From NCBI GenBank assembly GCA_964057225.1, contig OZ059894.1, forward strand, positions 17,484,001-17,548,000: DNA of 64,000 bases, in the 5' to 3' direction. Made by a program: the position numbers and the translations under genes. Source of the DNA: Auanema rhodensis (lineage: Eukaryota; Animalia; Nematoda). Below the pieces are notes generated by a model that saw only the letters and a program-made list of their open reading frames with translations, had not been told where the DNA came from and made no database searches. Shown one piece after another: positions 28,209 through 42,894 of this stretch; the first letter of the stretch is position 1, and the number at the start of each line of letters is the position of its first letter.

Positions 28209-31200
28209 CAGATACCGCATTACGTACAGGACAATACAGTACACCATTAATTAAAACAATTTGGTGAAGTATTACTTGATTCAGTCAGTTTTTCTTATAT
28301 TTCAGCTATATTAAAATGTATTAAGTAGTTAAATATGATTAAATTATAAGACTAATTTCTATATTTTACTTTGTATTTCCTTTTTTTATAATTATAAGTC
28401 TGCGAAATGTCGTTATGCTAGTATTTCAACTGTGCCAAGTTAAAAACAAAATTCAAGCACTGAAAACCTCCATCGGTTCAACGAAAAATTTTCCAGGAAC
28501 AGAGAAACACATCAAAGACAAAGCAGCTGATGAGGTTGTGAAGCAAAACCGGTTTAGGATGCGCTATGTAACAAGCTTGCACACTGAGATTATTCCTTTA
28601 TTTAGACACTTTTATCTTACGAACCTTTTGTTTTTTGTAAATTGAGGAGGAACATCATTATGTTTTATTATATAAAGAGCGGGTGACTTTTTGCTTGCAA
28701 GCTTTGCAATTTGTTATGTTTAAAAAAGAACTTTAATTCAATTCAAGCAATGCTTTTTTCTTTGCTGAACCCCGAGTTTGAAAGTAGGAAATTCAAAGGC
28801 GACGACATTTTTCTGGTTAATAGAAAGATAGAAAGATAGAAATAATTGAAATAAATATAGAATGAAAAACCGTTTGTGAAAATCATGAAGTACTCAACTT
28901 TCCTGTTGTGCAATAGATATCCGGATGGTACTCACTGAACCATTTGAATTGAAAATATTTGACAGTGAACTCTAGAGGTCGCTTTGTTTGTCTTCTATTC
29001 TACAAAAATTACCCAGCAATGACCGCTTCGCCCTCTGAAACCTTTTATCTCTCTTGTATTCGCCTTCTGTTTGCTGTTTGAAAGGCTTGCATTTGGTTTG
29101 GTACTCTATTTCCGGTGCTTGTTTAACTTCCCATCTCCCTTTGCTGTGCTGCCTTAAGGCAAGATTCCTGACTCCACTCTGAACCTGCTCATTTACAAAA
29201 TTTCTTCTTTCTTGTGCTCATACTCTCATTCATAGCATTCTTCTCTCCCGAATCATGTCAAGCAATATTTCTCTCCTTTTATGTACATTAATGACCTTCA
29301 TAAGAAAAATCCGGTATCCACTTCAAGTCAATGCTCCAAATCTAAAAATACAAATCTCGAGTGTCAAATAAGATAATCCAAATAGGAAAATGGCATCATT
29401 TTCCACAGGATGCTGTTCAAAAGATATGGAGAGATGGTAAACTACCGGATTCATTTGGAGAGGAGTTCAAGAAAAAAATTGCAAAAACTACCTAAAATAT
29501 TTTTGAAATAAGCCACGTCGAATTAAGTGTGTTGCAAAACGGGCAAACTATTTGACAGATTTCTTGGGGCAAAAAACGATCGTGATAGTAAAAAGCTGCG
29601 AGCAATTTTATGAATTTTGACATAAAAAAGACTTTTCTCTATTTTAATATGAAACACTTGGTTTCAATCAAATGTAATGTGCGTATTTCTTGGATTCACC
29701 TTAACAAACTAGATCCATCACAAACAAACAGAAAATGTAAGTTGAACATGTGTTCGTTCTTATGGATTAGCAGAAAATTATTTTTTGTTTCTACTAAGGA
29801 AAAGATGTTTAATCTATCAGCTTCACTTATTAACATGGATGGTCAACAAACATCGGCAACTAGTCTAAAAACATTCCGTTTTCGGTCCGAAAATGTATTA
29901 AAACCATGCCTTCTGCAGCAAAGAAGAAAAACAAAAAAACCAGACCAGAACATGATAATCATATAATCAACCACGATGATGATGAAAAGTGATGATTACA
30001 TCAAACTAGGTAAACACACTAAGATTCTATTATCAGCATGAAGGAATTCGCTTTTACCATCTGCATAAGCAAAAAATATGAAGGCTTTTTAGCATTATGA
30101 TGTTTCCATCTCATAATCTTGGAATGTTTTCTTCTTTTTTTCTATAGCAACTAAACCAACTCAAAACAATGAAACCGAACAATATAACTTTGAAATCTGT
30201 ATATGATTGCATGGACAAGTACTTGAAATTCTTTTTTTCTTCCAAAAGAAAAATAAAATAATCAGGTGATATAAGATACGATACAGAATCAAGACTTTTT
30301 TCTTTACAGTCGGATTACAAACAATTTTAAATTACAAAGGAAAACAGATTTATTCGTGTACGTCAAATTAGAAGAATTAAAATGTTCAGGGATGTAATGT
30401 TTCTGAGATCGTAGCAGAGAAAAAAAAATTATTCATTAAGCTATATTTAAATATGAATATAGTGATGTATATATTAAACATATGTAGATTGTCATACCGA
30501 CGTCATTGTTGGAAGACCTATCAACTTCAAGAACAAAGTGATGTTGATTTCGCTCATTGTGTTGTCATTTTTCTATCTTTCACAGGCTTGAGAAAATTAT
30601 ATTTCTTCAGATTTCAAAACAGAAGCCTGTATCTTATTGGCTTTTTATTCTTCTTTTTCATCTCTTTCTCTTTTAATTCTTAATATGAAATGCATAGTGA
30701 TCTTGCCTAGAACAACGGTATGATGATTTTGTATTTGTTGTTTCAATTCATCTATTTGATCTGAGCACACAATCGCTTCTCCCTATTCGCTTTGACTATC
30801 TTCTCTCTTCCCTCTCACTCCCACATCTTTTATTCTCTGATTCGATTGATTCTTATGTCTTCTTATGTCTTCTTACGCTTTCTGTGAACCTTTAACCCAC
30901 TTCTCCCTCATGTATGTATGAGCTACCGCTCTCTTTCTTCTCTCTGTTTTGTTCATATTGTCTGTCGATGACTTACCAAACTCCAGACTCCCTTAGACAC
31001 CTCACATCTCTCAATTTCGCATGCTTCTCAACACTGTTCATCCTAAACTTTCTCTTCTCCCCATCGGCTCTGTTTTCTTCGCTGTCCTGAAGCCAGCCCA
31101 GCAACTCCGTACAGGGCCACTGACCCCGCCCTTGTGCCCTCAGGTGATATTTAAGGATTCTGCTTGTCCTTTCTTCGCTAAACAGCCTAAACTCAAGCTT

Positions 31201-31231
31201 CAGAAGCAGTCTTCTATTTCTTACAGTCAAT

Positions 31232-33468
31232 ATGTCTCTCCGGATAGTTTCTGTTATAGCCATTATGGTACGTTTACAATAAATATCTAACAATTATAAT
31301 TATATAATAATATCATCTAATAATACGATTTTCAGGCTCTTTCTATTAATGCTCTCGATTTGTGTGAATACTACCAAAGAATTGGAAAACTTCATGAGCA
31401 TCCAGAATGTGCACCTCGTGGACGCCCAGAAGAAGAAATTGATATTTATGTGCCTGAGATTACCACAACTGAAGCTCCACGCATCGGGTTCTGCTCCAGG
31501 TGTGTAAAATTTTGCAGTTAATTGCAAATTTTTTTTATTTACAGTTCTGCTGCTTTGATTCAATGTACAGCTGATAGCATTACATGTCCCTTGTCAGGCC
31601 AAATATGTATTCAATCTGACGGAGAAAAGTGTTGTCAAATCGTTACTGCTGGTGAGTTAACTGTTCATTCCGTTAACTATAGACGTTTTATCTCTGAAAA
31701 AAAAGAATATATTGCTTTTGAGTACATTTCATCATTTCTTTGATTTGAGAACTATAGAGACCAGGTTTCTGAATTAGACTTCAAATAGATCAAACTGTTT
31801 GACAATGAAAAAAGAAAGCAAAAATTGCATCTTTAATGAGAACAAAAGCTTTGAGAGCAACGGTCATGGTCTTCCGTTTTTCTAATTGATCTCAATTCTG
31901 GAAATGAAATGTTGACCTCCGGGGTATCGCGAGGTTGCTCATAGATCAGCTGGTGCACCCTCCAGGTACAGCTCATACTCTCGCGGTTGTCCAGCATAGC
32001 GCTTTTCCAAAACAAATATTATCATTCGAGACCAACAAAAGCTCAAAGAATTCTAGACCCGCTAGATTAGTTGTGCGAAACTCTTATTTGAGCATGATCC
32101 TATCTCTTCTTTTCTTTAATAATACCATAAGCAGGTCAGAACGGTATCAAGTGAACTCAGTCAAGCAATCCTCTTTTGGGACAGAGCAAGATATCTAGTT
32201 TCTGAGCAGCAGCATGAATATGAAATAAGCAGGCCAGCTTGAAACTGAACCTGCTTTTCAAAGCATTTTAATCTTCTTTCCTCAGGGTACACTTGGCCTT
32301 GAAAACAAAATATTTTATAAAAGATGTGAAACTCAAATATTTGACTCAAATTTCTGCAGGTATCCCAGCATCTCAAATCAACTCCAAAGTTGGAGACTGC
32401 CCACGACCTCTTGGAATTTCAGTTCTTCAGGTTTCGTTATGCTTTCTTTTTATTCATATCTTAATTGCTGCAGGACAACACATTAGGATGCTGGATGGAT
32501 TCAAACTGTCCAGGAATTCAGAAATGTTGTGTAGAGCCTAACCCAGTTACAAACTCTGCTACCCGTATCTGTCGTGACCCTGTCGGAATTTCAAGTATGT
32601 TTCATTGAAACATTATAAAACTATTCCTCCCTGTGTGACTTTCACCTACCCATGCCACCCATTCCTTGAAATTTTGCACAAAAGATTGTACTTGAGTTTT
32701 CAAAAATGAAAACAGCAAATTATTGCTATTAGCGTACAAAATCAATCGTTTGTGTTTTGTGTCTCAAATTATACGAACTTGTTTTGAGCCATACCTATAA
32801 TCCCAAAATTGAAACATAAACCTTGAAACTGTGGAGCTTCAGCTCTATTTTTTGGTTCATGCTTTCAATGAAACTTCCCTTCAAAAACCTTTATCAATAT
32901 TGTCTGAATGTTGCACTGTGGACCTGTAGCCATGTTCGCAGGCACCTCCATCTGTAACCTGGCTTTGGCCGTTGGAAGCTGTACCGCACCATCTGTTCGA
33001 TACTACTACGATTCATCATCCGGACGTTGTAATCAATTCATGTATTCTGGATGTGGAGGAAATGCCAACAACTTCCAATCTTTAGATAGTTGTCACACTA
33101 CATGTGGTAATAGCGGTATGTTCCATGTTCATTAAATCCTTTAAACCTTTTATGTTAGCTTCTATTCATTCTTTAGTTATTTAGTAATTTATAAATTTAA
33201 ATATTACTAAATATCATCCATATCATTTTAGGAATCAAGAAAACACCACAATGCCCACCTGATGCTAACACAGGCTTGAACTGTCTTTTCGCTCATGCTG
33301 ATGCTTGTAACACAGACAGCGATTGTTTGGGACGTGAAAACACTGTAAGTTTTAAATTTTCATCGGCTTAACTTCCTACAGTAATTACTGAATTTCATAA
33401 CTATGTTACAGGTCCAGCCATCATGTTGTATGACTACTTGCGGTTACAAGATCTGCTATCAATATTAA
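31232..33468 (+). CDS. Secreted protease-inhibitor-like protein: Cys-rich + WAP + Kunitz + WAP-like
   Basis: Signal MSLRIVSVIAIM|ALSINA; WAP KVGDCP..CWMDSNCPGIQKCC; Kunitz CNLALAVGSCTAPSVRYYYD..CGGNANNF..C; terminal CPP..C..CNTDSDC..CCMTTCGYKICYQY*. Confidence 0.88.
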
Positions 33469-35583
33469 ATAATTTATTTCAAACGACCTTTCTTATTTAA
33501 ATTTAATTTCTAAATTAATTCTTTAATTATTGTTTATATCATATGTTTTATACTTAATTATATTGACTTTAAGGCCAATTCTTTCGAAAATTGCCAAAAT
33601 CTCGCCAGGGAGATGGATTTGAATATCGGGAAAAACGTTTAAGTTCCGATATTCACCATTCTCCGGTTGAATATGATTATCTATTATCTATTACTTATTA
33701 TATTTCTATATTGATAATTTGAACTGTCTGTACATACTGCCAGTTGTTGATTGTACGAAGATTCATAAATTATTTATTTCATTTTGAAAAGTCAATATCA
33801 TCAAATCCTTTTTGAAAATCCAATTCAACATACATGTTTCAAACAAATAAAATCTTCAAAATATTTTTTAAAGTTTATATTCAATAAGAAGCATATACAT
33901 ACAAATGTATGTATATGTATGTATACACATACATATGACATGAACTCAATCGGATCACCTATCCATTTGGCAAATATGAAATCATACTGCTAGGTAATCC
34001 GATAACTCCATTTATTCTTTCAATATACACGACAAGCTATCAAACTTTTTTATTTCAATTACCTTTCAAAGATAATAAGTTTGACATGATGTTCGATTGA
34101 TTATTTGATATTTTGATTATATACGTATGTATATATAGATATATATAGATAAACAGAAGATTATAATACAAAACAAAAAAAAAGAATGAAAACTCTGAAA
34201 GATACATACAGATACATATAGATACATACATATATATGTATGTAGAAATAATTATAAATAATAAAATTAATTATTTCTTATATTATATATTATGTATAAA
34301 AAAATCTAAAATCTATATATATACATATAAATCAAAAAAAATTAAATAAATAGAAGTCTATAGCAAAGAAACAAGAACGTATTCATTTTTGGGAGTGTTA
34401 TTCACTTATAGGTTAATGATCTATGTACATACTTATATACAGATAGAAACAGTTTTATTCAATATAAAACATTAAAAAACAATAAATAGGACAAATTTCA
34501 TTAGAAAATGGGAAAAACAACTTAAATTTATAGTTTTAATATTATATATCCACGATCTTTGTTCAATAATCACCTTCTTTTCCTACGTTGCCAATGCGTT
34601 CATGATTATGTAACTTAATCTAAACCGAATTACGTATTCGACCTCAATATTCTTGCTATTTTTGGCTCAAAAACATGCAAAAGTTCTGGAAAAACAAAAA
34701 AAATTAACAGTTTTGCTTGATTGTCTTCTTCAATGATCCAAAATGGTTGTCTTAAGCAAAAATCAATCTGAACAATAATATCAAAATTTAATTTCAATTT
34801 AATATAAAAAATTATTTCCAAAACTCATTGATTAGTTATAATTGATTTTTCAAATAATTTATGATAGTATTGTAGCTATTTTAACTATTTATTTCTCAAG
34901 AAATAGATAGATATATAGGATATATGTATGAATTTGGTTTGAAATCGTAATATTTTGTATTATACTGATATGGGTATTGTGGTTGAGATGCAAATTTTGT
35001 TCAAAATTTTGTATTTCAAAATCTAATACTGGATAGGAAAATATGATTTTGGATTTCAATATTTTTCTTTTAATTATCAGGTACCTAATCACACTTAGCA
35101 GAAAAGTGATAGTCTGACTCAGACATTGATTTTTCATTTCATGTTCACAACTGAAATCCAGTTTTTCCTAATTTTCTAACGCTTTAATAATAATTATACT
35201 AGATTTTAGCTTTAATTTACTTCACTTATAAAGCTTACTTGTAGGCTTTTCCGTCCCGCCCACATGTGCTGCTCACAGATTTAGAGAAGGAGAGAGAGAG
35301 AACGAATTATCACTAGATCTCCGCAATATACTCCCTCCTCCTTCGATTAGCTCCACCCTTCATATACGGGGCTGAGCTACCAATTCAGCTGCTGAGAGAG
35401 ATTGTTCCAAAATGCCACTTTAGATACGTTTTTATGAACAACATATACAAATTTCTTTCTTTCTTTTGCTCTTAAGAACGGAGATTTCACTATTTCTAAT
35501 CTTTCTTTTCAGTTTTATTTTTTTTTCTCATTTGAAATTGACAGCACATCGAAACATCTAGTGATCAACGGGTTCATGGTAGT

Positions 35584-38500
35584 ATGCCCTTAACCAGGGC
35601 CGTCATGCATAAGCTACAGTTTGCTCGAGGTATTGGGCAAAGAGAGATGTTACGAGCTAATACATTACCTAGTATTACACGTGCTAAAGTAAGTTTTCTT
35701 CATCTTATAGTATTTCTTATTTTAAACTTATTTCATATTTTTGGCTATTACAAATTATATTCTTCGTTCTATCTGGCGTTTTCTTAAGATTTTTATTATT
35801 TAACTTTTATATAAAAATCTTCAATTGTATTTGAAATCTGAATCAAAAACTTGCTTTTTTCTTTCTGCCTTAATATTTACATTTAACATATTATGTGCAT
35901 ATGTATACCTACCGTATATAAATATTCAGAATTTTTGACGTCATCAGTAACTGAGAATTTAAAATTTTAACTTCATATTGTTAGTAAAGTAGGCAAGAAC
36001 GTGAAATATTATCAAGTTTTCATAGTTTGAACATATTTTTCCAACAAATTTTTTGTTTTTTTGGAAAGAAATATTCTCCTACCTTTTCATATTTATACAT
36101 TTCTTTTGGTATAGTTATATATCGATTACGAAGGGAATCCCATTTGTTCCGCTTAATCCCGGACCAAGAGAAGGAGGGATCTTGAGATAAGAGAGATGGT
36201 GTGTGAAAGAAATGGAAAAAGGATGTACCACAAGAAACCATGAGAAATAGAGAAATATATTTAGACGAGAAGAAGTAGAGATATTAGAACAATATTCAGT
36301 AGTAACATTACTGATCTCAGTACTATCGTTATCAATTCTTGTTTTATGCCTGGATCTACTTAATCCGTCAATATGAAATCCGTTGCATGACGAGAATGGA
36401 TATAGTTGACAATGGCTACGTTAACGTCCAGAATAAAATCCAAAAATCCAACTTAAATCTTTTTAAAACTGGTTCCAAACGGTGGCCTGTAGGTTCATAG
36501 CGTCAAATTATAAAACTCTACATGAATCTCTCTTTTACTTCCCGATATAAGCTTCAGACGATAATTCATAAAATTCACTCTTTTCCCAAATACGCCTATT
36601 GTTGCGATTTCCGCTTGACAGCTTCATTCCTGTCCTTTTCAATATCTATTGGCCATCGAGGTCCAAAGCACCTTCGTTGCCGTCGTTGTCGTCGCCTCTG
36701 CTGTCCTTGCCAACATAGTTGCCGTGTTGAGTTTCATTGCCGATATGCATGAGCTTGGATTCCAGCTAGAATTATTATAGTCACAAGACTACAAAATGAA
36801 CAAGAAAGGGTGGCTGGTAGGAAAAAAAGCTTTTTTTTCATTTACGAAAAGTGATGGCCATGAGACTGTGTCCCTCAATTTGGGAAAAAGGGTGCAGCTG
36901 ATTTGAGAGTGAACTATGTGATTTATTCATGAAATTGATTATAATTCCTTTTGTATTTATCATTTTTACGCGAAAAAAACGCAGGCAATTCTATAAATGT
37001 TAGAAATTTCGTTTTCTTTTAAATTTTTACATGAAATAAAAAGTTTTTTGGATTATCATTCAGCATATATTAATATTCAAATCATATAATCTATATTTAA
37101 GCTAAGTGAGACATAAATAAGATAAAGCTAATCACTTGATGAAAAGCGATTGAATTCTATTATCTGAGCGAGAAAGCGAAATGTCTATAATTTTTTTTAT
37201 GAAAATAACAATTAAATGTTTCAAAAATAACGAAAAACTCCAACTATTGTAGTAGATAGTATGTCGAATAAATATTTATTGAATTATATATATTTGGCTC
37301 AACTAAAATAGACAAAAAGATTAAATATATTGGAATAAAAATAATATTACATTTAAATGGATAACTTATATGATAAACAAAAAGAATAATGAAGTTAATC
37401 TTTTTATAATTTTCTAGGTAGGATGCTTCGCCCGCCTTCATATTTATGAAGAAAACGCTCGATTAATTCTGATCTCCCTACTATTAGTTATATATTTGAC
37501 TTGTGGAGCTTTTCTTTTTCACAATTTGGAATGGGAAAATGAACAAAAAGAACGAAAAGAGGTAAGATAATTTATGTAATTATTATAAAATAAAATACAT
37601 TAGATTATACACATAGTTAACTTTTTTTCTTATTTTTCTCATTTTTACTAATTTGTATCTTGATCCTTAACATTTGCTTGCTTGATCCATATTTAATCGT
37701 ATTGAGATATCAGACGATTTTTTTTGTTTAACCTCCATTTTTCTTGATTCTTTTTCATCAATTCTCTTTTGAAGTTTGGCCATAAGTTGGATTTCAAAAC
37801 AGAACAAAGCTTTAATCAGTTATGTTTTCAAAATTAGTAAGCTGGTACCCTAATCCCTGAAAAAATGCTTCCTTTGGCGTCGTTCAGCTATTTTTGTTTT
37901 ATTAATCCATACTCAGTATATTCTTCATTACTTACCGAGTTATTAGCTTCTTATCACTTAAATCATTTTCTCTATTCCTATTATCCTTTTTTTTCTTAAG
38001 ATGATCGTCATTTATTTGAATTTAATAGTAAGAAATTGAAAAATCGGATTAAATACCTCTTCCTCCTCCTTTTCTAGTAATTATTTCCATTCTACTGAAG
38101 AAGAGTCTAACTTTTTCATTGAAAAAACATGAAAATTGTCCTTCAAAATTGAAATGATTACTGCCTTTTGCAATTTTAATGAATATCGAAACCAATTTTA
38201 AAAATAGATAAAATAAATCTAAAAATATTTCAAAGAATAATATTGAATAATCGTACTTTCTTCAATTTTTTGATTCTTTGATAATATTCGGAAATACACC
38301 CTTTACTATTTTCATGAGAAATTTCAGCTTCTAATCAGTTAGGCAAAGAAAATCTCACGATTAAGCAATTCTTTTTCAACTAATTCTTTAAACAATAGTT
38401 TGAAAAAAAAAAGAAAAAAAAAATAATAAGTTATTATTATATTAGATAATAAATTCATTATTAAAACTTCCTATTAAACTAATACAAAGAATATAATCTT

Positions 38501-40887
38501 AATTTTATTAAAGAAAGCATAGTACAATAAATGAAATATGAAAACTTTTGATATATAATATATGATATATGATTTCCACAAAGTTATGTTTAATAAAAAA
38601 CTTTTTTTTAGTCAATTAACCCAAATAAGCTAAATGTTGCTCAAAGGCAAGTATCGTGTTGTTATGACAACTACATCATATGAAAGGGGAAGAGCTTAAA
38701 TTGTTTGGAAAAAAAAGAAGGAAAATAGATGTCACACACTAGAAGTATATAACGAAATTGATGATTTTATTCATAAAGCTAGGTTAACTTTTTGAATGAA
38801 GTTCATAGAAAGCTAGATCAAATTAGTTAATTTCATAAAATTCTTTGTGATCCATAATTATCTTTGTTTAATTTAATTTGTATAGGAAAATAAGACAAAA
38901 TTGAAATATCCGTTTCATATATTATATAGTAATTGAGAATATTTCCTTTAATATTATTGAAAAATATTTTAAAATTCCTAATTTTCAAATAAAACTCAGT
39001 TTATAATACTTTTTCAGTTTGATACTCGCTTACATTCATTCCGAAAGAAATATTGCGGCAATAATACCAAGGTAATTTGATAATAGAAAATTCTGATGAA
39101 AATGAACAAGGTTTCATATAAATTTTCTAGGATTGTGATTTCCATGACCTTATAGAATTAATTGGTGAAGCTAATTCTATTGGTATTTTCAATCCAAGGC
39201 CGCGTTTTGATTTATATGGATCTCTATTTTTTTCTGGAACCGTTGTATCAACTATTGGTTAGTGAAGTTTCTGTAGTAATATTAGTTTTACATAATAATA
39301 TTCAATTAGACTATCATTGTTAGCCTCTGTTGATTGCAATCTTATTTCTTTTAGGCTTCGGATCTTCTACACCAAGAACAGGGGTTGGACGACTTTGCAC
39401 TATTATCTACGGGCTCATAGGATGTACCGGATGTGTTCTATTCTTTAATTTATTTCTCGAACGTTTCATCACGTTGCTTTCTTACCTATTAAGGTAAACT
39501 TTTTTTTATAAGTTTAATTATTTACAAAGAACAGACGATGAAATTTAAAATGCAATAACGTGAAACGTGAAATGTTAATTGGTTGATTGAAGTTGATCGA
39601 CAACCACTGTTAATTTATATGATAATATATGTAATGAGCGGTTGCATATTTCTAAAATATCTTCAACATTTGAATTATTTTATATATTCTATATCATTCT
39701 ATAACAATCCATTTCAGATATCTCCATGAAAGAAAACTCAGAAAACGAGCAGCTGATTGTGCTGCAGATGTCAAGCCAGTAACTCTACTTTTGAATAATG
39801 AATATATAGATTCAGCTAGGTATTTCATATTTTTCACACAATTTATTAAACTCACCAATGATTTTTCAGCTCGTGCGAAGATGGGGGTGCAGATCCTTGG
39901 CGGCCGTCCGTGTATAAAGTTTTTTTCTGCATTGCAACGTAATGAACAAAATTATATTTTTGCAAAAATTATGAAAGATTACAGAATTTGTGCTATAACA
40001 CTTACTGGTCCAGCACTTGTCTATTCAATAGTAGAAGGATGGCCTTATATAGATGCGTTATATTTTTGTTTCACGAGGTATGAGCTCTTCTGAATACTAA
40101 GAGACAAAGCATTTTTACTTAAATTTCTTCAGTTTTGCCACAATTGGATTTGGAGATTATGTATCCAATTTGAAAGATGTAGACATGAGCACTGAGCTTT
40201 ATCGGTAAGAATATCATATAGTTAGTATATATATTAAAAGTTATTATTGTTCAGGTTCATTAATTTCTTCTTACTTACATTTGGTGCTTGTATCTTTTAC
40301 TGTCTTTTCAATGTATCTTCTATTGTTGTCAGGTATTCTATAAATAATTGTTTTATTATTATTGTTATTTAATCCTTTGTTATCTTTTTGTTTTTTTCTC
40401 CATAGTTTCGTAATCCTTTTTTTGCAGACAACTGCTGAACTGGATGATCAAAAAAATGGATATTAAGATTGAGAGCGGATCATTTTGTGGTCGGAAAAAA
40501 CAAAGATATTACGGTTTAGGACTTAGACCACCTCGAGGTTTTCAAAATCAACTCATTCTCCGATTTGTTTCAATGACTTCTATTTCTAGGATATGAGTGT
40601 CCATCATCTAGATGCTCAATGGATGCTACTGAAGGCTTGTTATCGTTGAAAGAATTTTTAATGAACCAACAAAGCTCTGTTCTATTGTTACAACGACAGC
40701 TTATTGCGGTAAATATTTGATTTTATCGGTTTTCTTTTCTCAAATATACCATCAAATACTCATATCTATAACTGTAATGTTGCAGAGTGCATCAAAAAAT
40801 TCGAAAGAGCCTGAGCAACCAAAAATATCGGCAACTCGAGTTGGTCCAATGGGTATATTAGATGAAAAATTTGGTGATGAACAATAG
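35584..40887 (+). CDS. twk-14: Two-pore K+ channel, THIK (KCNK12/13) type
   Basis: P1 TVVSTIGFG..TP, LFFNLFLER, WRPSVY, EGWPYIDALYFCF and P2 ATIGFGDYVS are THIK signatures. Confidence 0.9.
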
Positions 40888-42280
40888 CAATCTTTAATTT
40901 TTAATGAAGGTTTGTTTCGTTAATTTCTATTTTTTTCGTTTATAAACTAAATATTTTATTTGAATATATAGTTTCACAAAGAGTTTAATGCCATGTTGTT
41001 TGGTAAAATCTATTTTCGATTGCTCAGAAAAAGTGCAATTCCTTTTGACGAGTAATCGTATATCATCCTTTTTTGAAAGTTTGAATTTCGTAGATGTAAG
41101 TGATTTTCAAAAAAAAAACTTGAATGATGAACTAAAAAATAATTTAAAAGTTCAAAATCTGTAATTTTTATATATTATATAAACTTATATTAAAACTTTC
41201 AGATGCATATAGTATGTACATCCGTGTAGGTTCTTATCCGATGGCAAATGCAGATATTATAAAGTTGGAAATAGGTTTAATCTGATGTATTATCAAAACC
41301 AAAAGGATATCAAAGCTTTTTCTACTTCTTCTTTTTTTCTTATTTAGTTTTCTGCAGAATGTATGAACAAGACTTAACATTTAATAGAAAGTTCATTTTC
41401 ATGAATTCAAGCCCAGTGAAATCTTTACTTTTTTAAATATTTTTTGAGAAGTTTTTTGTAATAACAATAATTGCCAAAGCAATATAATTTTATATTAATT
41501 CTGGTTAATCTTCTTTTGAACACCTACATCTGAAACTTTATAATATTTTTGTTTGAAATGAAGGAAAAAGATTATAAAGCGCCTTTCGATGAGATTTTTG
41601 GTAATCCTAAAATGCCTTATATTTGCTCCTATATTGCTCTTGTGCTAGTATCCGAATAACTAAATGACGTGTATGAAATATTATTCTTATTAATATATAT
41701 TGTTGTATATTGTATATACATTTTAATTTATAGAAAAACACCGGTTAATTGAGCTATGTTTATATATTTTTTAGTTTTTTTTTACTTTATTTGTAGCTCT
41801 CATACTTTTAATGAATATGATGATCTGAATCGTTGGGTAATAAAACTTGTATTTGAGCTGAACGTTGACGAGCAATTCAAAATCATTGAAAAAGAGCCAG
41901 ATTTTCAGTTTGAGCAGCTATAGAAAAAAGATCAGAAGGTAGAGAAAATTGAAACGATAAATATGAGAAAAAAAAACTAAATTTGCGGAGAGGCAAAAGA
42001 AAAAATATTTTTTGATTCTCTCCCCGCAATTCAAACTTGTAATTGCTCGCTCAAAATTGAGCAGGTGCTAGAATAAGGGATGCTCGTAAACTTCAAATAG
42101 ATTTCTTACAAATTTTAATAGAAGCTTCATCATTTCAGAGCAATAAAAATAAAAATTCATAGAAATAATCAGATAAATTTATATATCAATATAATAGATT
42201 ACTACAATAAAATATCAATATATTACAAATAAAGAGTGATCAAGCATATTAAAAAAAATATTTTGAAGTATGTTGCGAGC

Positions 42281-42763
42281 TTAAACCTCAACCTTTTCCT
42301 GTTCGCTTTTGACAATCCCTTCCGCCTTTTCGGCGACAGCTGTCAATCGAGTACAAATTTCTTCCATCTCAAATAGGTAAAGATAAGCTCTATTCTTCTT
42401 CAATTTAATGAAAATCAAATCATACCTGAATTCTACGCGTCTTCTCTTCTTCTAAACGTTTCTTGTTTTCTTCAGTTGAAGCTTTAATTATTTCAGTTTT
42501 CTTAATTTGAGCTTCCAAGACTTCTTCCATCATTTCCATAATTTCAGCCACCTCATCGTCATTCATTGTTTCTCTGAATTGTTTGTTCACTATTGAAAAA
42601 AAGCTGATTAAATTGAACCTATCATTTTCAAGGGTGGTCATGATATCCTCTAACGATGGCTCTGAATCACCAACACCAGCCTTAAAAAACATTTTTCTAA
42701 AGTCAAGATTAATATGCTATTTAATACCGTAGCTAACGAAGCCATAATCTCTTCAGCAGGCAT
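42281..42763 (-). CDS. Small acidic coiled-coil protein (~110 aa), uncharacterised
   Basis: MPAEEIMASLAT|AGVGDSEPSLEDIMTTLENDR|ETMNDDEVAEIMEMMEEVLEAQIKK..RRIQ with canonical introns; frame of the last exon is uncertain. Confidence 0.65.
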
Positions 42764-42894
42764 ATTCTAACTATAAAATTAAATAAAAAATAAAAATATT
42801 GAACGAATACAAAGTTTAAGAAAGTTGAATAAAATCTGAAAATTGACATTAGTCTACTGAAGAAGAAAAGCAGAACGACTGAAGAAGCTCAAAC

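Noticed and set aside
30973-31293. 106-aa and 89-aa ORFs upstream of the WAP-Kunitz gene
   Set aside because: They overlap the promoter/outron; a good signal-peptide start follows the TTACAG acceptor at 31232.
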